Source of the DNA: Planctomycetota bacterium
GTDB taxonomy: Bacteria > Planctomycetota > GCA-002687715 > CAIWVZ01
Direction: 5' to 3'
NCBI GenBank assembly: GCA_044222185.1
Contig: JBGANV010000003.1
Coordinates: forward strand, 352,001-416,000
Length of the DNA: 64,000 nt
Part shown: one piece after another, positions 56,923-64,000 of the stretch
Layout of the letters: every line of letters begins with the position of its first letter
Position numbering within the stretch: the stretch's first letter is position 1
Translations under genes and position numbers: made by a program
Notes under the pieces: generated by a model
Databases searched by the model: none
Told to the model about the DNA's origin: nothing
Seen by the model: the letters and a program-made list of their open reading frames with translations, nothing else

Positions 56923-59478
56923 TCAGAACCCCAGGATCGTGGTCGTCTCCCGCGGCGTGAGCCGCTGCGTCGAGAGGATCGCGGCCTGCCAGTGGACGGT
57001 CGCACCCGCGAGGGCGGGGACCGGCGGCACCAAGGCCGTGATCGTCGTGTTGCCGTTGGCGTCCAGGTTGCCCGTGACCGTCGTGATGGCCGTCGCGAGG
57101 TCGATGGCGAGCCGGCCCCACGGTGAAATCACCTGGGACGGCGAAAGCAGGCCCGTCGTCGGAACGAGCAGCCATGGGGCCGTCGGCGGGCCGACGATCT
57201 CGAGCGTCGTGATCCGGCCCACACGCGGGAGGTCGCCATGTCCCAGATGCCGAGTCATGTTCGTGATGAAGTATCCCCGGTCGCAGAAGGGATCGAGGTC
57301 ACCGTCTCCGTCGTAGTCCACGGGGATCAACGCCGACACGGTCGTGGTGCCGTTCACCACACCCTCGGATGGCGCGAACGTTCCGGCTCCGAGCGAGCGT
57401 TTCCATTCCCGCGCGCCGAGCGCATCGGCGAGGCCGTCGCCATCGATGTCCGCCAGCGCCCAGCCATCGTTGGTCTGGGCTGTCAGCGTCGTGAGGACTC
57501 CCGCCACGGTGAACGCGAGGTTGCCGTTGTTCACGAGCACGGAGTCGCCGGCGATGAGGTCCATGTCGCCATCGCCATCGACGTCGCCCGCGGTGATCGT
57601 GTATCCGGTCGTCGGAGCCGCGATCGAAACCTGCGGACCCAGCGTGAACCCGCCCACCCCACCGACCATGGTGTTTCGGCAGACGCGAACGGTCGGGGGG
57701 TTGTCGGTGAATGCGGCGAGGTCCTTCCGACCATCGTTGTCCAGGTCCACGGCCACGATCGCCACGGCGCTCGTGTTCGTTGGATTCGTCACGCTCGAAG
57801 CGACCGTGAACGTTCCGCCGCCCTGGTTCAGCAGGATCTCGAACTGCGACGCGGCGCCAGCGTGGGCCACGGCGATGTCGAGCCGCCCGTCGTTGTCGAA
57901 ATCCGCCGCGGCCTGCGCGACCACGTTCGTGACGGGCGCGTTCGTCGTCATTCGGGAGAAGTCGCCGTTGGAGTCCGAGGCGAGGATCGCGGGCACGGGC
58001 GTCGAGGACGAGAAGACGCTGACGTCGATGCGTCCGTCTCCGTCGAAATCACCCGGAACCATCACGGCCAGACTTGGCGGCGGATTCGCCGGCACGACGG
58101 GGTTGGGATTCGCCAGCTGGAAGGTCCCCGCGCCGTCGTTTCGTGCGAGCGCCAGCGTGAAGATGCCGACCCCCGCCGCGGGAGGATGGACGCGCGCGAT
58201 GACGTCCACGTCGCCATCCCCTTCCGCGTCGGCGAACGCGAACACCTTGGTGGTGAGCGGTTGAAACAACAGCGGCAATCCGCCCGAGGTCCCCGCGTCG
58301 AGGTCGTTGAACGTTCCCACGCCCGAGTTGACTTCGATGTGCACGGTCTCGGACTTGACCGCCCGCGTGGCGATGTCCCGCAGGCCGTCGCCATCCAGGT
58401 CCGCGACGATCGCTGGAACGCGGAACGGGAACGTGAGCACCATCGCCGCGATCGTCACCGCGAAGGCGCCGCCGCTCGCCGCGACGGGGCCTGGGAATGA
58501 CGATCCGATGACGACTTCATCCGCTCCGTCGCCGTCGACGTCGAGGGCGCCGACAGGGACCACGTTGGCGGCCAGGGACCCATTGAACAACGTCGTCAGC
58601 GTCCCGGCGCTCCAGGTGATCACCGTCAGAGGTGAGCCGGAGTTGACGGCCGTTCCGATCGCGATGTCCGCGCGGCCGTCGCCGTTGAAGTCGCCGATCC
58701 CGGTCGACCAACCCAAGTGCGACAGATCCATCTGCCCGCTGGGAGCGAAGACCCCGCCGCCCGTGTTCCGCACCACTTGCGCCCTCGAAGCAAATCCAGG
58801 GGCCGGCAGGACCGAGTAGATCAGATCCACCAGTCCATCGCCGTCGAAATCGGCAGCGGCCCGGACCGAGCCGCCCTGTACGGCCGTGGGGAGCGCATTG
58901 AGGACGGGGACGAAAGCGTTGCCGCCGAGGTTCCGCAGGACTGCCTGGCTGAACGGGGACGGGCCGAACGTGAACACCAGATCGGTCTGCCCGTCCGCAT
59001 CCACGTCAGCCGGCACGATCCACAGGATCGGAGCCGGTGACAGGGATCCGAAGGTCGCGACGGACACGAACGTCCCGCCGATCAGCTTGTGGATTTCAAA
59101 CCCGCTGCCGGACCCGACGATCATCTCCGCCGCCGGGTCGTTGTCGACGTTGGCGAAGGCTCGGCCGGTCGGGTTGCTGACGGCCAGCGGCACGGGGCCG
59201 CGCACGTAGTGTCCGTTTCCGTCATTGAGGAAGAAGCGGGTCACCGGCGGCGCGGCGTTCACCTTCAAGTCCGTCGCGAGGAAGTCCACGTCGCCGTCGC
59301 CGTCGATGTCGCAGAACGTTTCGCCCTGAATCGAGATCCCGTGCGGGATGGGCGTCTCCGGCTCGCGGAGCACCGTGGATTGGGCCGAGGTCACGCCGCA
59401 CAGCACCAGCGCGGCGACGAATGCGACGTGCCAGGACACACCGGAAGACGCAGTGGGCTCGTTGCGGTACGAGATCAT
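56923..59478 (-). CDS. Secreted FG-GAP/VCBS repeat protein
   Basis: Signal peptide; 14 DxDxDG-type loops (DIDGDGDVD ... DYDGDGDLD), consistent with two 7-bladed propellers; C-terminal domain of about 105 aa. Confidence 0.9.
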   Translation of the reverse strand: MISYRNEPTASSGVSWHVAFVAALVLCGVTSAQSTVLREPETPIPHGISIQGETFCDIDGDGDVDFLATDLKVNAAPPVTRFFLNDGNGHYVRGPVPLAVSNPTGRAFANVDNDPAAEMIVGSGSGFEIHKLIGGTFVSVATFGSLSPAPILWIVPADVDADGQTDLVFTFGPSPFSQAVLRNLGGNAFVPVLNALPTAVQGGSVRAAADFDGDGLVDLIYSVLPAPGFASRAQVVRNTGGGVFAPSGQMDLSHLGWSTGIGDFNGDGRADIAIGTAVNSGSPLTVITWSAGTLTTLFNGSLAANVVPVGALDVDGDGADEVVIGSSFPGPVAASGGAFAVTIAAMVLTFPFRVPAIVADLDGDGLRDIATRAVKSETVHIEVNSGVGTFNDLDAGTSGGLPLLFQPLTTKVFAFADAEGDGDVDVIARVHPPAAGVGIFTLALARNDGAGTFQLANPNPVVPANPPPSLAVMVPGDFDGDGRIDVSVFSSSTPVPAILASDSNGDFSRMTTNAPVTNVVAQAAADFDNDGRLDIAVAHAGAASQFEILLNQGGGTFTVASSVTNPTNTSAVAIVAVDLDNDGRKDLAAFTDNPPTVRVCRNTMVGGVGGFTLGPQVSIAAPTTGYTITAGDVDGDGDMDLIAGDSVLVNNGNLAFTVAGVLTTLTAQTNDGWALADIDGDGLADALGAREWKRSLGAGTFAPSEGVVNGTTTVSALIPVDYDGDGDLDPFCDRGYFITNMTRHLGHGDLPRVGRITTLEIVGPPTAPWLLVPTTGLLSPSQVISPWGRLAIDLATAITTVTGNLDANGNTTITALVPPVPALAGATVHWQAAILSTQRLTPRETTTILGF

Positions 59479-59720
59479 CGATTGACTTGGGTCTGGGGGG
59501 TGGAGGTGGACATTCCGCGGCTTGGAACGGGTGCGGTTTGCCCGTCATAGAGGTTACACCGCCCACCTGTCAACGACCGGGCGCCGCAGACGGGTGACCG
59601 TCGCACCGACGCTCGGAGCCTGGCGCCCCGAAGCCGACGGCTCCGCGAAATCGACCGCGGAGTGACGATTCCCGCAACGAAGGAGCCCGACCGGCATCCA
59701 ATCCAGTGAAGGACGATTCC

Positions 59721-60590
59721 ATGACACCTCCACCACCGCAGGTTTTCTCCGAACCACTCCCCGACGTCGTGATGCCGGCATGCAGCCTCCAGAAGGTCCT
59801 GAAGGGCCAGAAGGCGCTCGTCACCGGTGCGAACTCGGGCATCGGAAAGGGCGTCGCGATCGCACTCGGCCATGCCGGCGCGGACGTCGTCGTGAACTTC
59901 AAGGCGGGGCCCGAGGCCGCGCAGGAAGTCGTCGCCGAGATCCAACGCTGCGGCAGCCGCGCGTTCGCTCACCAGGCGGACGTGTCGAACGAATCGGACG
60001 TCGCCGCCATGTTCGCGCGCATGAAGGACGAGTTCGGCACCATCGACATCCTGGTGAACAACGCGGGGCTCCAGCAGGACGCGCCGTTCGAGTCGATGAC
60101 GCTCGCCCAGTGGAACCTCGTCCTGAACGTGAACCTCACGGGCCAGTTCCTCTGCGCCCGCGAAGCCGTGCGGGAGTTCAAGCGGCGCGGCGTGCGCCCC
60201 GAGATCTCGTGCTCGGCCGGCAAGATCGTCTGCATGAGCTCGGTTCACGAGGTCATTCCGTGGGCCGGCCACGTCAACTACGCCGCATCCAAGGGCGGCG
60301 TGATGTTGATGATGAAGAGCATCGCGCAGGAAGTGGCGCCCTACCGCATCCGCGTGAACTCCATCGGCCCCGGAGCGATCCGCACGCCGATCAACACGAG
60401 CGCGTGGAAGACTCCGGAGGCCTACGCCGACCTGATGAAGCTCGTGCCCTACAAGCGCATCGGCGAACCCTCCGACATCGGCCAGGCCGCCGTGTGGCTC
60501 GCGTCCGACGCCGCCGACTACGTCACGGGCACGACGCTCTACATCGACGGCGGGATGACGCTGTATCCGGGGTTCGAGACGGGCGGCTGA
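59721..60590 (+). CDS. Glucose 1-dehydrogenase-like SDR
   Basis: TGANSGIG, NNAG, SSVHEVIPW...NYAASKGG, TGTTLYIDGGMTLYPGF. Confidence 0.85.
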   Translation: MTPPPPQVFSEPLPDVVMPACSLQKVLKGQKALVTGANSGIGKGVAIALGHAGADVVVNFKAGPEAAQEVVAEIQRCGSRAFAHQADVSNESDVAAMFARMKDEFGTIDILVNNAGLQQDAPFESMTLAQWNLVLNVNLTGQFLCAREAVREFKRRGVRPEISCSAGKIVCMSSVHEVIPWAGHVNYAASKGGVMLMMKSIAQEVAPYRIRVNSIGPGAIRTPINTSAWKTPEAYADLMKLVPYKRIGEPSDIGQAAVWLASDAADYVTGTTLYIDGGMTLYPGFETGG

Positions 60591-60686
60591 GGACGGCATC
60601 GCGATGGAGCCACCCTCGTGGGTCGTGCTCGCGGGGCTCGCGAACGCCCGTCGTTCTCACTCCGCGCCGCGCCGACGACGCCGACG

Positions 60687-61898
60687 TCACGGTTGGAGCA
60701 CGAACGCCGAGGTCCCGCCGAGCGCGTAGGTGCCGCTCGTCGCATCGTAGGTGGCGACCTGGAAGTAGAACGGCACGTAGAACCAGGAGGGCGGGAGCGG
60801 CAACGGCGGGAAGCCGATGATCGACGATCCCGCCGCACTCATGTTCGCCGATCCCATGGCGGCGATCGCCGAGGTATCGATCAGCACCTCCCCGAGGAAC
60901 GGCGATGGGGCCGTCTGGAACGCGGCGGCTGGCGACACCGCGATCGCGAATGTCGTAGCCGGTGTCGAGACGAGGAGCGACACGGTCACGAAATGGACGG
61001 CTGACGTGATCCACGGCCCCGGGTTCACGATCTCCGGCAGCAACGCGGCGGAGATCACGGTGCCGGTGTATCCGGGTGCGGTGTACCCGCCGTGGCCGGT
61101 GCCACCCTGCAAGCTCGTGCCATGGACGGTTGCCACGCCATCCGTCACGAGCCCTGCGGACGGGGGAACGATGAAGAAGGGGCTGACCCCGAATCCGTGT
61201 CCACCCTGCACGATCCCGCTCCCGAACACTCGGACCGGGGAATTCACGAGGACGACGCCGGGAAACGACTGCGTGACGACCGCGGGATTTCCGGGGCCGA
61301 TGAACGTGTGGGCACCCGTGATGCTCGATGAGTCGATCGTCACACGGCTGTTCGTCGCCGCGACCCCTGCGGTCCCCGCGGGCACGATGGCGCCCGAGCT
61401 CCCACTGACCGTGCAGTGAGAGATCGTCGTGTGAGGCGAGTTCTCGATCACGATCGGCCCGACTGAACAGCGATGGATTCCCGCCTCCGCATCGACGATC
61501 CGCACGCCGCTCGTCGGCGTCGTGGCGCCGAACGGCATGGCTGCGTCGGTGATCGTCAGTCGGCCAGGCCCGAGGCACTCGAATCCCGCAGTCACGGTGA
61601 ATCCGTTGATGAACACCGGTCCTGACGACGGGGTGTTCGTCACGGTGATGTGGCCCGACACGACCGTCGCTCCGACACCCGCGCCGACGATCGTGAGTCC
61701 CTTGCCCGACAGCGTGAACCCCGCATAGCTGCCCGATTGCACCAGGAGGACGTCTCCATTCGTCGCGGCATCGATGCCCGCCTGGATGCCGACGAACTGG
61801 ATTCCCGGACCCGCGGTGGGTCCGACGACGTACACGGCCTGCGCCAGACTGACGTGCGTGAGGACGACGATCCAAGCGAACCAGCAAATGCGCGACAT
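60687..61898 (-). CDS. Secreted right-handed beta-helix-like protein with C-terminal domain
   Basis: Signal MSRICWFAWIVVLTHVSLAQA; IQAGIDAATNGDVLLVQSGSY...KGLTIVGAG beta-helix cap. Confidence 0.75.
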   Translation of the reverse strand: MSRICWFAWIVVLTHVSLAQAVYVVGPTAGPGIQFVGIQAGIDAATNGDVLLVQSGSYAGFTLSGKGLTIVGAGVGATVVSGHITVTNTPSSGPVFINGFTVTAGFECLGPGRLTITDAAMPFGATTPTSGVRIVDAEAGIHRCSVGPIVIENSPHTTISHCTVSGSSGAIVPAGTAGVAATNSRVTIDSSSITGAHTFIGPGNPAVVTQSFPGVVLVNSPVRVFGSGIVQGGHGFGVSPFFIVPPSAGLVTDGVATVHGTSLQGGTGHGGYTAPGYTGTVISAALLPEIVNPGPWITSAVHFVTVSLLVSTPATTFAIAVSPAAAFQTAPSPFLGEVLIDTSAIAAMGSANMSAAGSSIIGFPPLPLPPSWFYVPFYFQVATYDATSGTYALGGTSAFVLQP

Positions 61899-61995
61899 GC
61901 CCTGACCCTCCCGGCCCGGTAACGCGCTTTCGCCGCGCCCGTTCGAGAATCGACGCGCTGTCGATCCGTCGAACACCGCTGCCGTGCTGCGCACC

Positions 61996-63012
61996 TCACT
62001 CCTCCCAGATGTGCACCTCGAACCGCCCCGTCGAATCCGCGGCACCGCGATACATGCCCTCGGAGTTGAACTCCATGGCGATGGAGCCGTCGGCGCCGAC
62101 GGCGATGAGCCCGCCGTCGTCCTTCTGCAGCTTGTCGTGAATGATCGCGTGGGCCGCCTCGCGCACGGTCGAGTGTCGATATTCGATCTGGGCCGAGAGG
62201 TCGCGCGCGACGCCGTGGCGCATGAAGACTTCGCCGGTGCCGGTGCAGGAGACGGCGCACGTGCGATCGTCGGCATAGGAACCCGCTCCGACGAGCGGCG
62301 TGTCGCCCACGCGACCGAACCGCTTGTTCGTGAGTCCGCCGGTGGACGTGGCGCACGCGAGGTGACCGCGGGCGTCGCGCGCCACGGCGCCGACGGTTCC
62401 GTAGCCGGAGCCGCCTCCGCCAGATCGCGCCTCCTCCGCCTTCACCTGCTCCCAGGCCTGGCGCCGCGCGTCCGTGTCGAACCACGTGTTCGGCACGCGC
62501 TCGAGGCCGCGCTCGTCGGCAAACTTCTCCGCGCCATCACCGGCCAGGAGGATGTGCTTCGTGTGCAGCATCACCTCCCGCGCGAGCGCGATCGGATGGC
62601 GCACGGTCTTCACTCCGGTGACGGCACCGCACGCGAGCGTTCGTCCATCCATGATGCAGGCGTCGAGCTCGTGCGTACCGGCGTTCGTGAACACGGCGCC
62701 TCGGCCCGCGTTGAAGTGCGGATCGTCTTCCAGGATCTGGACGACGGCCGCGACGGCATCGAGACTCTCGCCGCCGGATTCCAGGATCCGCGCCCCCTCG
62801 CGCAGCGCTCCATCGAGCGCCGCGCGATATTCCGCCGCCTTGGCGTCGCCCATGGACTTCGAGATCGTGCCCGCTCCGCCGTGGATCGCGATCGCCCAGC
62901 GCACGGGGGCCGTACGGTTCAGCTCGCGCTGCGACGTCGTCGACGTACACGCGACGAGCAGGAGCAGGCCAAGGCACGTCGATAATCGGTCTCGCATGAG
63001 TCGGATCTCCAT
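61996..63012 (-). CDS. iaaA: Isoaspartyl peptidase/L-asparaginase (Ntn hydrolase) with lipoprotein signal
   Basis: AIHGGAG, LEDDPHFNAGRG, ELDACIMDG, GTVGAVA (catalytic Thr), TSTGG, GRVGDTP; LLLLVAC lipobox; start may be 62997. Confidence 0.92.
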   Translation of the reverse strand: MEIRLMRDRLSTCLGLLLLVACTSTTSQRELNRTAPVRWAIAIHGGAGTISKSMGDAKAAEYRAALDGALREGARILESGGESLDAVAAVVQILEDDPHFNAGRGAVFTNAGTHELDACIMDGRTLACGAVTGVKTVRHPIALAREVMLHTKHILLAGDGAEKFADERGLERVPNTWFDTDARRQAWEQVKAEEARSGGGGSGYGTVGAVARDARGHLACATSTGGLTNKRFGRVGDTPLVGAGSYADDRTCAVSCTGTGEVFMRHGVARDLSAQIEYRHSTVREAAHAIIHDKLQKDDGGLIAVGADGSIAMEFNSEGMYRGAADSTGRFEVHIWEE

Positions 63013-63141
63013 CGGACGTGCCCACTATCGGCGCCGCGGATGCAAACGGCAACCCGCCGAGCCCTGGCGGCGCGCGCCCGGCTGCCTACCGGGCGGCCGC
63101 AGCCGTCAACATTCCGAATTGGCAGCGGTGACCGCGCCCGC

Positions 63142-63169
63142 TTGACAACCTGGGTTCTGCGCGCATCCT
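63142..63169 (+). promoter_or_regulatory. Putative sigma70 promoter
   Basis: TTGACA, 16-nt spacer, CATCCT. Confidence 0.45.
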
Positions 63170-63259
63170 CTCCGCACTCGATGGCGGGCCCTCCCGCCCG
63201 GTTCGGAGCCGGGGGATCCCTTTCCCCCGATCACCCCCCTTTCTTGGACAGGAACTCTC

Positions 63260-64000
63260 ATGGCTGCGACGCAAACGAAGGGTTCACACCGCTGGCGGTT
63301 CTTCCGCGCAGGCGGCGTGGACCAGGTGCGAATCGAAACCGGTGCCGACATCGCGCATCTCGCGAACCTCGATCAGAAGCTCTGGGTCGCGTTGAGCTGT
63401 CCGGTGAAGGGCTTGGAGTTCGACCAGCGCACGCTCGAACTGCTCGACGTCGACAAGGACGGCCGCGTTCGTGTGCCCGAGATCCTCAACGCCATCGAGT
63501 GGCTCAAGTCCGTCCTGAAGAACCTCGACGGCCTGGTGAAAGGCGAAGACGGCGTGCCGCTCTCGGCGATCAACGACAAGTCGCCGGAGGGTCAGAAGCT
63601 CCTGGCTTCGGCCCAGCTCGTTCTCGAGAACCTGGGCAAGGCCGGGGCGACCGTGATCACCGTCGGCAACACGCTCGAGACCGAGCAGATCTTCAAGACG
63701 GCCAAGCTCAACGGCGACGGCATCGTTCCAGCGCCGTCCGTCGACGACGCCGCCGCGAAGAAGACGCTGGAGGACATCCTCGCCACGCTCGGAGGCGAAA
63801 CGGATCGCAGCGGCCTTCCGGGCGTGTCGGAGGCGAAGCTCGAGGCGTTCTTCAAGGCGTGCGCGGACTACGTCGAGTGGCTGAAGAAGTCCGAGGCCGA
63901 CAAGGCCGCGATTCTTCCGCTCGGTGACGCGACGGCGGCCGCCTGCGACGCCATGGATGCGGTCGCCGCGAAGATCGACGACTTCTTCGCCCGATGCCGA
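63260..64000 (+). CDS. Conserved-looking hypothetical protein with EF-hand-like loop, 5' part (runs off window end)
   Basis: Read manually: AGGA RBS, then MAATQTKGSHRWRFFRAGGVDQVRIETGADIAHLANLDQKLWVALSCPVKGLEFDQRTLELLDVDKDGRVRVPE..., open to the end. Confidence 0.8.
   Translation, partial: MAATQTKGSHRWRFFRAGGVDQVRIETGADIAHLANLDQKLWVALSCPVKGLEFDQRTLELLDVDKDGRVRVPEILNAIEWLKSVLKNLDGLVKGEDGVPLSAINDKSPEGQKLLASAQLVLENLGKAGATVITVGNTLETEQIFKTAKLNGDGIVPAPSVDDAAAKKTLEDILATLGGETDRSGLPGVSEAKLEAFFKACADYVEWLKKSEADKAAILPLGDATAAACDAMDAVAAKIDDFFARCR

Noticed and set aside
56745-56960. Short ORF containing VLDPNANLQGQSLSV, resembling a decayed C-terminal domain
   Set aside because: The similarity is too short, there is no RBS and the ORF overlaps the convergent gene, so a pseudogene call is not supported.
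1-64000. Mobile elements, prophage, defence systems, rRNA or tRNA
   Set aside because: I recognised no transposase, integrase, phage, nuclease or structural-RNA signatures.

Overview
High-GC bacterial DNA. The gene content suggests Planctomycetota (inference from DUF1549/1553-like and DUF1501-like proteins, an ECF sigma plus Ser/Thr kinase pair, carboxypeptidase-regulatory-like repeat proteins and many secreted Ca-binding repeat proteins). In order along the window: two secreted proteins; four tandem membrane-anchored carboxypeptidase-regulatory-like repeat paralogs; a GH42-like hydrolase; a small stand-alone transcription unit (NrdR-box-like pair, near-consensus sigma70 promoter, structured RNA or 38-aa sORF, terminator); an operon of FHA/DUF1553-like protein, Tat-exported DUF1501-like protein, 10-heme cytochrome c with beta-propeller and a multi-EF-hand protein; peptidases; a B12 radical SAM, GT-C glycosyltransferase and hydrolase; HU; a split flagellar locus (fliM-fliN, then fliOPQR-flhB-flhA-orf-fliA plus uncharacterised small proteins and lipoproteins) with visible sigma54- and sigma28-like promoters, interrupted by an ECF/kinase-FGE module; a PAS hybrid kinase; glyQ-glyS; and further secreted glycosidase, SBBP, FG-GAP and beta-helix proteins, several with a related C-terminal domain. 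I found no rRNA, tRNA, CRISPR array, transposase or integrase. All family calls are by eye from motifs; no database search was run.
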